Positions 36,705 to 49,763 are shown, counted from the stretch's first letter. The stretch is 64,000 nt of DNA from Macrostomum lignano (GCA_002269645.1 NIVC01002525.1:62001-126000), one strand, 5' to 3'. The notes: generated from the sequence alone by a model not told the origin. Numbers and translations: made by a program.

Positions 36705-38589
36705 CTAGCTATAATAATTTTAACATATACAGTCGGCGAAGCGGCCCGTTGATTTCGATTGACATTTAAACTGTCCCTCCCAGACCTCTCTCTCTCTCCT
36801 TCTGCACCCACCGAGAAAAGTGACTCATGCGGCAATCAGCTGGACAGGTTTTATTACTGAATTGGCAAAACAGCCAACACCCAATGGTCATATTAGACTC
36901 GTCTTCACAGCACAGACCCATGTAGAACAGAACCACTCGTCCCTGTCTCTCTGACCTTACCATTTCTAACTGTCAAGGAATTCCGACCCTCCCTCTCCAA
37001 TTTCAGTGTACAAACGAAGAGCCCAGAGGCTCGAAACCGGTAGCCCATATTAAATTAATTAAGTCTTTTGATTTTTTTAAACACGCCGTGACCTCTCTTC
37101 TCTCTCTCTCTACCTCTCCAATTTCAGTGTACAAACAGATATTTTCACAGCACAGACTCATATATTGAGCCTCCTCCAACCAAAACCCTATCTTGATTAC
37201 GTCATCCACCTCCCCATAGGAGCAGTTAGCAAGAAACAAAATTTTTCGATGCACATATGAACACTGTGAACCATGCAAAATCGCACATCTACGGGTCGAT
37301 TTTGATTGACAATTTAATACCTTTTGTTGATGCTGCTGTGTACAGTAGTCTTATTTCCGAAGCTCCTAGCAGTCATCTTTTAGATGTGGTGAATCAGTGT
37401 TGTTTTTGCCAACTTTACATCTTAATTGATTCATCCTCCAAATTCTTCAACTCTGACCATATTCAATAATTTAACCCATGCAAGTAGATTTGCCAATTCG
37501 CCAAATTAGCCAATACGAATGGGGCCAGAGGACCCACCCAAATCGAGCCCTTGTCTCTCTCAGGCCTCTCTCTCCTACACATACCCCAGAAAAGTGACTC
37601 ATGAGGCAATCAGTTTAACAGGTTCAGTATACTGAATTGGCAAAACAGCAAACACCCAATGGGCAATGGACTCGTCTTCGCAGCACAGACCATTTTGAAT
37701 AAAGCCAAAACACACATACACCCCTATTCTCTGACCAAACCTTTCCATTTCTAGTTGTCAACGAAATTCGACCGGCCTCTCTCTCAATCCCAATGTACAT
37801 TTTGACGAAGCAAGCAGATCTTTTCACAGCACGGACCCAGCCTCCCCCAACCAAAGCCCTATCTCTGATTACGTCATCTATACATCCCCATAGAAGCAGT
37901 TAGCAAGAAAAAAATTTCGATGCACATATATGAACAATGCGAACCAAGCAAATCCGCGCGTCTACCAAAGCCAACCCTACCCTGCGTGCTGTAATTGCAT
38001 TTGTCAATGTACACACCCTATGAATCAGTGTCTCCTTCTTTGGAACACACGAAGGCATTAGTCAGAAAGTTTGGATGCAATTAAAAACTCTCTCGATGCT
38101 TTGCGTATAAACGAGTAATCGATTGAATCAATTGTACACTTGACACATTTAATTACGTGCTGCCATGCAACGGAAAGACAGGATAATGGGGTGGGTGGTC
38201 ACGCAGCCTCATTCTCTCTTTCCTACTGATTTTTCATTATCTATCAATCTCAGCTCTTTCCGGGGCAACTCGCGCATGTGTGCATAGTTCCTCATCAGAT
38301 TTACCACATGTTCATTTACATGTGATGTACATATGCAAGCGGCAGCCGATTTAAACCTGAGAAATGGTTGAAGCACTCCCCCGACTATGACTAAATGCAC
38401 GTACGTTCAGTCAAATACAGGAAAATTTGACACCCGTAGTATGAAGATGTAATCTTCACGAAAGCTTCACATGTTTATCTTTCTCTGGGGAAATGACGAT
38501 AGTTTCTCAATAAAACTCTGTCATAGGCCCAATATAGCAGTTTAAATATTTTCACGAAAATGTCGCATTATTCAAAGAACTGATTGAAC

Positions 38590-41448
38590 TGAGTCACTTT
38601 TCTCGGTGGGTGCAGAAGGAGAGAGAGAGGTCTGGGAGGGACAGTTTAAATGTCAATCGAAATCAACGGGCCGCTTCGCCGACTGTATATGTTAAAATTA
38701 TTATAGCTAGGTTTATAGCAAACTGTACGTTTTAACCCAATATTCAAGAATAATCCCTTCCCTGACTTCTTGAGGGGTATTCCACGTACCAAATACATAC
38801 ATTTGAATGATGAAACAGCATTTTTGACGATTAAGTTGTAAAAATTATGGTTTCTGCTGATGAAGTGATTAATTTTGTTCAATAAAGTCAGCATTTTAAC
38901 GTTAAAAAGAGTAAAAACTGTGAAAATTGACCTTTTTAAAACGAAAATGTGCAATTTCTAGTAATTTAGCTTTCAATGAAAATGTCTTGGGTGGAATTCC
39001 AACTTGGGCCGGGGTGTGCATATGGAGATCAGTGTGTGACTCATTCCTGCTCGAAAGCTGTCTCTTGCCAACTTTGAAATCAGCATTTGGACAAATTAGC
39101 GGTTGAAATTATGGCTTTTGGGATGAAACTACTAAGTTTGATCAATTCGCATTTCGCATTTTAACGTTAGAAAATAATAAAACTGTGAAATTTGGCCTTT
39201 ATTAAACGAAAGAATGAGAAATTCTAAGAATTAGCTTTAAAAAACTATGGCTTTAGTGGAAATTGGACTGGCTCGGGTAATCCGTGTGCGATTATAATTC
39301 CTGCTCAAAGCTGTCTCAGAGTTCCAGAAGTAGCATTTGTGATAATTTTGTGTTAAAATTGTGGTTTTTAGTGATGAAACTACTGATTTTGATCAATAAA
39401 GTCTGCATTTTAACGTAAAAAATGCGTAAAAACTGTGAAAATTTGCATTTCTTAGGAAAAAATGCTCATTTCTAGCAATTTAAGCTTCAATAGCCATGTC
39501 TTTGGATGATTTTGGGCTAGCTTGTGTATGTTCGTGGGGGGTTCATTTCTGCTTAAACGCTGTCTAAGGTCAAGTTGAAAGCGATATTTGGACAAATTAG
39601 TTGTTGAAAGTATAGTTTCTAGTGATGAAACTACTGATTTTGATCAATAAAGTCTGCATTTTAACGTAAAAAATGCATAAAAACTGTGAAAATTTTTATT
39701 TTCTTATGAAAAAACTGCGCATTTCTAGCAATTTAGGCTTCAATAGCCATGTCTTTGGCTGATTTTGGGCTGGCTTGTGGATGTTTGTGTGGGGTTCATT
39801 CCTGCTTAAAAGCTGTCTAAGGTCAAGTTGAAAGCGACATTTGGACAAATTAGCTGTTGAAAGTATGGTTTCTAGTGATGAAACCACTGATTTTGATCAA
39901 CAAAGTCTGCATTTTAAGGTTAAAATCGTAAAAAAAACTGTGAAAAGCTGCATTTTAATGAAAAAAATGTGCATTTCTAGTCATTTAGCTTTCAAAATAA
40001 CCAAATTTCTTGTTTGAAATTCCAACTTTACTTTGTGTGGAGAGGTCAGTGCATGATTCATTCCTGCTTCTAACAGATTAAACCGTCTCAAAGACCAAGT
40101 CTGAAAGCTTGAAGTGAGAAGGCTGGGGAGGTGGAGAGGCAGAATTGAATAGCCTCACGTATTTAAATTTGTGGACTTCACTACTTCTAGTAAACGCAAG
40201 GGTGACTTATACTATTTACAAATTTCAGAATCAAGTAAATCAGAATTGCATGCGGTGGAGACACTGATTCATAGGCTGTGTACATTTACAAATGCAGCTG
40301 GGGTTTGTCAATGCAGGTAGAGGTTGGCGGACTCGGATTTGCTCAGATTCGTGGGGTTGATGTGTGCATTAAAAGTTGGTTTCTTGCTATCTGGGGCGGC
40401 ATGGATGACGTAATCGGAGAAGAGAGGGGTTTTGCTGAATGAAGTTTAATATAGGGTCTGTGCTGTGGAAAGATCTGTCTGTACACTGAAAATGGAGAGA
40501 GGGTCGAAATTCCTTGGCATTTAGAAGGGGGACAGAGAGAACAGGGGCGAGTGTTAAAATTTAGCTCGATTTTGCTATGGGGTCTGCGCTGTGAAGACGA
40601 GTCTGGTGAACATCGGAGGGGTGGCTGTTTTCGAACACGGTTGAATTTGACTATGGTCCGAGTTAAAGGGTGATTCAACATTCAGTATAGGAGCTTCGAG
40701 GGGATGGTTTACTGTAATTAAAGCGCGACGAAGCTTCTTGTATCATACCCACTGTCAATAGAAATATAAAGCACTGCTTCAACAGTCTTGTATTTGGGGG
40801 GCAGACTTGGGAGAGACTTGGATGACGCAACCTCCACCCCATCGCTTGGCGAGAGTTTGTACAGGCCCGCCTCTATATGAAAGTATGTGTATTTTATAAG
40901 TGATTTCGAATAAATTATCAGCATATTCAAATCTACATTCTCCGAGGGTGAAAATGTACATAACCTAATTTTTGGGGTATGTAGCGGATATGAGTATAGA
41001 GGCTATCGATGTACATATAGACTCCGACCAGTATTATTCAAATCTGTCTCTGAGAATGTACATTGGAAATATACATTACGATGTGAGCTATACAATTAGT
41101 TGACTCATTTGGATGAGATTGTACAACTGCAGTAGGGTTTCGAGTTGTAATTTTGGTGCGCGCGCGCTGGCCGTCTGGGGATGACACTGTACATGTGGAT
41201 TAATGCACATACTGCGTACATATAGAATTGGGTATAGACATGGACAATTTGGGATAGATAGGGATTAATGTACATGGAATTAATGTACATATATGAGCAC
41301 ATGGATTCTTACAACTACATATTGCCATATATCACGCTTAGGATAGCGTTTTCGTATACTACTTACTTCATTTTCAGATAGTAGTATAATTTGCGTTTTT
41401 TGCGTCAAATCTGCCTAAAAACCCAGCACTTTCTGCACGATACGTAGT
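38590..41448 (-). repeat. Uninterrupted right TIR of the foldback element
   Basis: Reverse complement of 23914-26350 + 28084-28384 + 36709-36827; carries single (empty) ccccggc and ctag sites. Confidence 0.93.
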
Positions 41449-44400
41449 CTGGTACCTTCGCTACCCATTTAACATTTTTATCGAAGCATGAATGGTAAAT
41501 GGTAGTAAAAATCTACTTGTAGAAAGCATTTCTTGAGATGTTTGCTGTTGACACGGAGTCCTGCTAATCGATATGGCAACTCAGCTACCCACGCTCAGCC
41601 CGCGCCTTGCACGTGGGAGATCAGACTCCGCTTGGGCCAGGCGCGCCCACTCTGACTGACACTTTTCTCATCACTGACTTGTACCCCTCAGTCTGCAGCT
41701 AGGCTGGTCTTGCAGCTGTTTTTCACCAGCGGGTGCTTCGCTGACCTCTGCGCCAGCGCGGTCTGTTTAATAATAATAATAATAAATGGGACCATTGCTT
41801 GAAACTTTGCATTTATAATTTGGGCCAAATTACGCTTATCTTATTGTTCTTAAAATCAACGGTTAAGGGCAGTCCGGGCGTATAGTTTAGTTCATTAATC
41901 TCAAACTCGTATCTTTTGCTTGTTTTTACATTGTGTACATAAAACTTAGAAATATTAATATTATGTACATAAGCTAGTGAGAGAGTAAAATGCTGTTGGT
42001 GGTCTGTAAGGAAGTTATTTTGAGGTATGAAATCATACATGCAATAATCATCGGACACAATCGTCTTTATATATTTTTCTAACAGCGTCTAATGTGTCTT
42101 TGCTTACATGGTTTTGTTTTGATGAGTAAGTTTCAGAACCGTATTTAAATGGTTTCTTGGAAAATTTACCCAAAATGCACCCGACTATGAGGCTCTTCAC
42201 GGCAATCGATTCCAGAACCAGAATCGGTTCGGATTTCCAAGAAAAAAAGCAGTATAACTTTTAAACTTTGTTGAATGTTTGACTGCCTTAACAGCCTCAC
42301 TCTGCACAATTTTTCACTTTCTTCTTGGCTATTGCCATCCAATAATCACAATTTTAAAGCACTAATCACCGGAAAGCTAGGGGCCTAGGTATAGCCTGTT
42401 GAGTGTTGGCAATATTACAAAATACTAAAATAGGCCTACTATTTTTTAATTAGGACTTATTAATATTTGCTTTCAAAGCATTTTTCTAAATTCTAGTAAA
42501 TTGATTTTCAATTTTTATCATAACAATTGTTAATTATAGGCCTAGCTTTGGTTAGGCAGCTAGGTCTAGGCCTAGCTTGGGGCATAGGCCTAGGCCTAGG
42601 CCACCTAGCTTGGGGCTCAGGCTTACTATTTTTTATTAATTTCTGTTGGTGCAAAGCATTGGCCATTCCATTGTCCTAATCCTAACCTAAATATTAATAA
42701 TTTATAGTATTGAGTCACTTATCTATGAAAGATGTTTCATTTAAAACAAAATTTTTTGCATAAATAGGAAAAGAAAGAGAGTGAGACTTGAATAATTGTG
42801 TGCTAGGGTATTGTATATTTATATTTATGTTAAGCCTAATAGAACATTCCAGAATCCAGAAAGATTGAAAAGTTTATTTTCAAGTATTATAGTTTTTAAG
42901 CTTGTAGGCCTAATAAAGCATTTACACAAATGTTTAGGCTTAAGCATATTGATTTTCTGCAATAAATATTATAAGCAAGAAAGATAAATAATAAACCAAA
43001 TTGTCTACTAAAATTAAAAAGGTCTTTTATGCAATTTATTGTTTATTGTTTCAATGCAAAAAAGTTCATTTATTGTTGCAATATTGGCCTAGATTTGAAA
43101 GTATAGTATTTTTTGGCATGCAATTGTAACTATTCAATTTTTGTTTTAGTATGCATTTAACAATCTAGACCATGGATATGAATATATTTGCATAGTAATA
43201 AACAAATGTTTTCATATGGTATTCTAGCTCTAAAGTTAGGACTAGGCCTATATATTAGGAACTAGCAAAAACTGTGCATGTTTTTATTTTTTGAAGTTTT
43301 ATATCTTAGCATATACTGCTTCTAAACTGACTAAACTATAGAAATTGTAGAAAATTATAGTAAATTATAAAAAAAAGAGCTATATAGTTACTATGTTTTG
43401 GGCAATGTTAGACTTGGGTATCAAAATATTTATTACTAATTTTATATTTAGGAATGTGCAAACTTTTTGTATAGTATAGCTAGGTTCAGTTTAGTCCTTG
43501 AAGTTGTTTAGATTTAGTAAATTTAGATTGTCTTTTAAGGTTTAGAATTTGGAAGTGAATAAAAGTATTTATTAACTTTACCTATATATTGCCCTCAATT
43601 CTACATTATTAAATTAAGCATATGATTAGGTAAATATAATACATAGTTACTCTTGCCTGGCACATGACCAAGATAGCCATATACCAAGATGGCCATAGAT
43701 CTAAATGTTCAAATATATAATAATAAGCCTAAGTCTATATATTTCACTCATTTCCTAGTGATAGTAATTAGGGAGATTACTATAACCTAAGGATGCTATG
43801 GATGCTATAGATGCTACTAAAGAGATGCTATAATGGAATTGTATTATATAATCATTCCCTTTGGCTTTAGCTTTTATTGTAGCCTAACCTATATATATTC
43901 ATCCACTATATAAAGCAATTAGCTAATTAGCTAATAATTAGCTAATAATAAGCTAGTATATGGTAATATAAGCTAATATAAGCTAATATTAGCTCAAATT
44001 TTATTAAGAGTGACAGCATCTTAGATCTAAAAAATTTTCTCTTTGATTTTTCTTGCAATTTAGTATAGAAAAAAGCTTTCCCTTTTTGGATTTCAAAAAA
44101 TATTTTGATTTTTGTATTTTAAATGGTAAAAGCATTTTGATAAACTGAGAATTCCATGAGTCACAGAAATTTCTTCCTAACATGTTTGCTCTATATACTG
44201 TCACTATTGTATCTTAGAGATTTAAATGTTTAAAGCCAGAAAGCATGATAAGTAATAGCAAGCTTTATAGCCTAAGATATCAGATATCTATTGTAATATC
44301 TCTCTTTGAACTTTGGCATCTCAGCAACTTATTACTTTAGTTTGCAACAATATTGGCTATATATTTTTTTATTAACAGTTTTGATGCTCTGCGAGTTTCC

Positions 44401-44520
44401 CAATGTTAAGTTCTTAGTTGCAAATGTACTTTAATTATCAAAGATCTATACATAAAGATGTATTGTTTCATTTGATTTTTCAGCCAATATTTCCTGTTGG
44501 CAGCCACTAAACCAGTGGCA

Positions 44521-47500
44521 ATGCCAGCCCAAGTGGTGGCCATATTATTTATAATTAGTGTATTAGTAGCGACTAGTCTGACTGCGGCTTCAACTAAAAG
44601 TACATCTGGTGCTGCGGTGGCTGCCAATAAATTGTCTTGCAATTTTGATGAGCGACACTGCTGCGACTTCACTATGCAGGGCTGGCGGGTGGCCTCCGAG
44701 GGCCAGATGAGACTATTGTGTGCGGTGTCTGACACTAAGGCTGGGGAGTTAACTAACGAAGTGAGTAGCCATTTTGAAACCTATCAGAGTTTTACACCCT
44801 CTGAACAAGCACTGAGAATTGCCCTAAACAAGCAGTGAGAATCGCCCTAAACAAGCATTGAAAATCGCACTAAACAAGCCCTGACTATCGCTCTATACAA
44901 GCATTGAAAATCGCCCTAAACAAGCATTGAAAATCGCCCTAAACAAGCATTGAAAATCGCCCTAAACAAGCCCTGACTATCGCCCTAAACAAGCATTGAA
45001 AATCGCCCTAAACAAGCCCTGACTATCGCTCTATACTAGCATTGAAAATCGCCCTAAACAAGCCCTGACTATCGCTCTATATAAGCATTGAAAATCGCCC
45101 TAAACAAGCATTGAGAATCGCCCTAAACAAGCATTGAGAATCGCCCTAAACAAGCATTGAGAATCGCCCTAAACAAGCATTGAGAATCGCCCTAAACAAG
45201 CATTGAAAATCGCCCTAAACAAGCATTGAGAATCGCCCTAAACAAGCATTGAGAATCGCCCTAAACAAGCATTGAAAATCGCCCTAAACAAGCATTGAGA
45301 ATCGCCCTAAACAAGCATTGAGAATCGGTGTGTTGAATAGATCTGACAAGAGTTTCTCAATTGAGCCATCAATCAATTCATTCTCTCACGCGCCAGATAA
45401 CAGTTGAAGGCTCGAGCAGTTTACACCTGTGTCTGCAAGTTCGCTATCGAATTAAAACTCAGCGACAGCAACAGCAGAATCCGCCATTGTCGCTGTCAAT
45501 CAACGATCAGCAGGTGTGGTCAGTTGATTGGCCATCGTCTCTAGGCGGTCAGGATTCGTCTAGTTTTAATTCTTCTTTGTCACAAGCTTCACCTTCCTGG
45601 CAGATTTCGCACCTGTCAATTAGTTTGAGACCGTCATCGGCTACCAATGGCAGGCGTCGGCACACATTGTCGTTGCGAGGTTTCGATGGAGCCTGTCTAG
45701 ACGCTTTGTCAGCTGATTCTAGCGGACGTTGTCCCATTACTAGGCAACCGTTGCTATGGTTACTATTGGATCAGAGGGTGTGGCTAGCAACCAGTTTGTG
45801 CCTTATGGGCCTGTGCTTAATTGTAGGCCTGGCCGCTTCTCTGCTGCTGTCTCGAAGGAAAGGATCCGGGACGAGGGTCCAAGGGCGCGGCGGGAACGGT
45901 GGCGACGTGAGTCTGGGGGACTGGGGCTGGCTGAGATGATTTTGAAAGTCATAGGTTGGTTTGAGATGATTTTTACATCTATAGATCGGTTTCAGATGAT
46001 TTTGAAATTCATAGGTTGGTTGAGATGATTTTGAAAGTCATAGGTTGGCTTGAGGTGATTTTGAAAGTCATAGGGTGGCTTGAGATTTTTTTGAAAGTCA
46101 TAGGGTAGCTTGAGATGATTTTGAAAGTCATAGGGTAGCTTGAGATGATTTTGAAAGTCATAGGGTGGCTTGAGATGATTTTGAAAGTCATAGGGTGGCT
46201 TGAGATTATTTTGAAAGTCATAGGTTTGCTTGAGATTATTTTGAAAGTCATAGGTTGGCTTGAGATGATTTTGAAAGTCATAGGTTTGCTTGAGATGATT
46301 TTGAAAGTCATAGGTTGGCTTGAGATGATTTTGAAAGTCATAGGGTGGCTTGAGATGATGTTGTTGTTGAAATAGGCTTATTACTTTGAGATGACTTTAC
46401 GGTATGAATTGTCTAACTTGGACAACAATAACGTTATTGTCTCGTACGTTGCAGCTATTTTTGTCGCAGCGTTGAAATGTTACAAGCTTGAAAATTGGAC
46501 CGTTTAAAGAAATCTTTCGTGTGAAGTCATTAGCATGAGAATTTCCTATTTAATGTGATGATGCATCAAGAAGATTGAAAAATTCGAGATCTAGAAGTGC
46601 TGGAATTTTTTCACGCATTTATTGACTATTAACGATTCGGCCATGTGGGATGCGCAGAATGCGACCCCTCCCCAAGACTGGGCTTCTTAAAGTGCATTTG
46701 CCACAAATTTCTAGTCCATATCCCTGCGCAGTTAGCTTTCGAATAATTTGTGGCTTTTTGTCTCGTACTATATAGTAAGGGGGTTGTAGCCTAGGGGTCA
46801 GAGCGTGGGACTCACGACTTGAAGGTCGGGGGTTCGATTCCCGATCCCACTGGAACAATTTGTGTCCTTAAGCAAGACACTTAACTCTGCATTGCTTCAG
46901 TTCACCCAGCTGTAAAATGGGTGCCAGCATTAGCTGGGGTAATTGAGGCTGTGTGTGGCGACCCCCCCCCCTCAGTCCTTGGACTGAACAGCCGTACGCA
47001 GCCTTCAGATGCGCCATGCAATAGCTGCGGCTCAGCTGTCGGTTGCACATCTGCACATTATGACAGGTGTATTTAATTATTTATATTAGTTATTGTTGTT
47101 ATACGGATATACGGTATGGTTGAACTCTGGTGTGATGAACTAACAGCATTTCATGCATCATTCCACGTTAATGATTAAACATATTACGACTCGTAAAACC
47201 TATGTAGGGATAAAATCAATCTTAACTCATTTCAAAATCATCCAGTCAGTTTCAACTCATTTCAAAATCATCCAGTCAGTTTCAACTCATTTCAAAATCA
47301 TCCAATCAGTTTCAACTCATTTCAGAATCATTCAGTCAATCTAAACTCATTTCAAAATCATCAAGTCAGTTTCAACTCATTTCAAAATCATCCAGTCAAT
47401 CTAAACTCATTTCAAAATCATCCAGTCAGTTTCAACTCATTTCAAAATCATCCAGTCAATCTAAACTCATTTCAAAATCATCAAGTCAGTTTCAACTCAT

Positions 47501-49170
47501 TTCAAAATCATCCAATCAGTTTCAACTCATTTCAAAATCATCCAGTCAATCTAAACTCATTTCAAAATCATCCAGTCAGTTTCAACTCATTTCAAAATCA
47601 TCCAGTCAATCTAAACTCATTTCAAAATCATCCAGTCAGTTTCAACTCATTTCAAAATCATCCAATCAGTTTCAACTCATTTCAGAATCATTCAGTCAAT
47701 CTAAACTCATTTCAAAATCATCAAGTCAGTTTCAACTCATTTCAAAATCATCCAGTCAATCTAAACTCATTTCAAAATCATCCAGTCAGTTTCAACTCAT
47801 TTCAAAATCATTCAGTCAATCTAAACTCATTTCAAAATCATCAAGTCAGTTTCAACTCATTTCAAAATCATCCAGTCAATCTAAACTCATTTCAAAATCA
47901 TCAAGTCAGTTTCAACTCATTTCAAAATCATCCAGTCAATCTAAACTCATTTCAAAATCATCCAGTCAGTTTCAACTCATTTCAAAATCATCCAGTCAAT
48001 CTAAACTCATTTCAAAATCATCAAGTCAGTTTCAACTCATTTCAAAATCATCCAGTCAATCTAAACTCATTTCAAAATCATCCAGTCAGTTTCAACTCAT
48101 TTCAAAATCATCCAGTCAATCTAAACTCATTTCAAAATCATCAAGTCAGTTTCAACTCATTTCAAAATCATCCAGTCAATCTAAACTCATTTCAAAATCA
48201 TCCAGTCAGTTTCAACTCATTTCAAAATCATCCAGTCAATCTAAACTCATTTCAAAATCATCAAGTCAGTTTCAACTCATTTCAAAATCATCCAGTCAAT
48301 CTAAACTCATTTCAAAATCATCCAGTCAGTTTCAACTCATTTCAAAATCATCCAGTCAATCTAAACTCATTTCAAAATCATCAAGTCAGTTTCAACTCAT
48401 TTCAAAATCACCCTACAAGCGTGGCAACTCAACCCAGCCTATCTCAAGCCACTAAATTCCTATATAGAACTCATTCCCATTTTCCCACCACTCCACAGGC
48501 GGTCGTGGGTCCCCGAGTTCGCGCCCAACCAGTCCGCCTGTCGCAGGTGCTGCTGAGCTCTCCGGCGCCTCCTCTGCGCAGGCAGTCATCTCAGCTTCAT
48601 CGCCAGCATCCTTATCAGCAGCAGCAGCAGCAACAACAGCCGTTGCAGCAGCAGCAGAATTCTAACAGGCTCTCAGTTCATCTGCAGCACAATCGAACTC
48701 CATCAAATGGTTCCGGCAATTTTCCTCTACCAGACACTGTCGCTTTCCGATCGGCTCGACCAATCAGCGTGCCGCCTGGCTGTACTTTTCTGCTCGGCTC
48801 CTCGATGACGTCATCATCTACCCCGGCAGCCGCCACCGCTACTGTTGAACCTCTGGCCGAGGGTGTAGAATCTCCCGTAGCTGAAGTCAGCTTAACAATG
48901 GCCAGCACTTTGCCTCGGCGGCCGCTGCCAGCTGTTGCCGCGGATTTTACAGAATCCAACACTGCTGCTACTAATAGTAGTAGGCCAGTATCGTCTACAT
49001 TTGTTCCAGCCGGAGTTGGCGGATTTGGCTTCGTGCTTGGCACCGGAATTCGCCCGGTGTCGTCGTCAACGCCTGGTCGGTCGACTAATCTGGAGCCGGG
49101 TGCTGGTACTACTAATAGTACTACTAATGATACTCATACTACTGATGATGCCAATGAAGGGGCTGGTTAG
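44521..49170 (+). CDS. Predicted type I membrane protein with MAM-like ectodomain and Q/S/T-rich cytoplasmic tail; exons 44521-44760, 45397-45906, 48499-49170
   Basis: Signal peptide; LSCNFDERHCCDFTMQGW (MAM-like start); CLQVRY and WQISHLSI; TM segment VWLATSLCLMGLCLIVGLAASLLL followed by RRK. Donors gtgagt at 44761 and 45907, phase 0. The 3' end is uncertain. Confidence 0.65.
44797..45326. repeat. 23-bp minisatellite, ~23 copies (gagaatcgccctaaacaagcatt), intron 1
   Basis: Directly visible. Confidence 0.95.
45928..46359. repeat. 30-bp minisatellite, ~14 copies (ttgagatgattttgaaagtcataggttggc)
   Basis: Directly visible; starts ~20 nt after the splice donor. Confidence 0.95.
46779..47100 (+). 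mobile_element. tRNA-derived CORE-like SINE, second copy
   Basis: Closely matches 3721-4036 reverse complement: ggttgtagcctaggggtcagagcgtgggactcacgacttgaaggtcgggggttcgattccc..., with a degenerate AT tail. Confidence 0.85.
47213..48410. repeat. 30-bp minisatellite with alternating variants (60-bp dimer), ~40 units
   Basis: aactcatttcaaaatcatccagtcagtttc / aactcatttcaaaatcatccagtcaatcta. Confidence 0.96.
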
Positions 49171-49633
49171 CTTTATTAATCAAGATTGTAAGGAAATAAT
49201 TGTTATTACGGTTTTAAGCATCCTGAGCACATGCAAGTTTGCCAATACTGTACGAGCGTACAGTGTGTTACAGCGATTCTGACTTTCTAGTCGTCAGGCC
49301 ATGTACACTCTGTGCTTTGGGTTGAATTCCAGGTGTAACTGGAGATTAACTGGGATTTGTCATCTCTACCCAAAAATTTACACTGCTGAGTCTGTCTGAC
49401 CCACAGAAGATGCATAAGTCTGTCGACTCCATGTTGATAGAGTTACTCAAATTTGACAATTGATCTGAAAGTGCTAAGAAGCTCCATAACTTAAAGAACT
49501 ATTTGCTATTACAAAAGAAATATAAACTATGGAAAATATGGAACAGATTCAATTCGATGTTCAGCTTAGGGAAAAAACAGGTAGTCAGTTTGGTATCTGG
49601 GTTGTCAAAAATTAAATTTGATGTTGTCATGAC

Positions 49634-49763
49634 CAAGGATTACTGAAGTAGAAGGTGTCTAGGGAAAATTGTTATTGCTTTTGATAGAAGTCGGGACCTG
49701 GTGTCCAAGGTCTAAGGAACTCATTTACCAAGAAACGCAGTTTCCCGTCCTACTTGAGTAGTC
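49634..49763. mobile_element. Short degenerate member of the CAAGG MITE family
   Basis: caaggattactgaagtagaagg ... agaaacgcagtttcccgtcctacttgagtagtc resemble both TIRs of 1080-1596. Confidence 0.5.

Larger units (their letters stand above)
23914..41448. mobile_element. Foldback-type element with ~2.86-kb terminal inverted repeats, 6-bp TSD and two nested insertions in the left arm
   Basis: Termini actacgtatcgtgcagaaag... and ...ctttctgcacgatacgtagt. TSD ctggta at 23908-23913 and 41449-41454. Left arm 23914-36827 (net ~2857 bp after removing the inserts) mirrors right arm 38590-41448 (2859 bp); spacer 36828-38589. Confidence 0.85.

Noticed and set aside
23914-41448. Calling the long-TIR element a Galileo/P foldback because of the THAP transposase inside
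   Set aside because: The transposase remnant has its own TIRs and TSD and is absent from the mirrored arm, so it is a later insertion.
46779-46852. tRNA gene (also 3965-4036)
   Set aside because: The acceptor stem is poor, and the sequence continues into a shared SINE body and tail in both copies.
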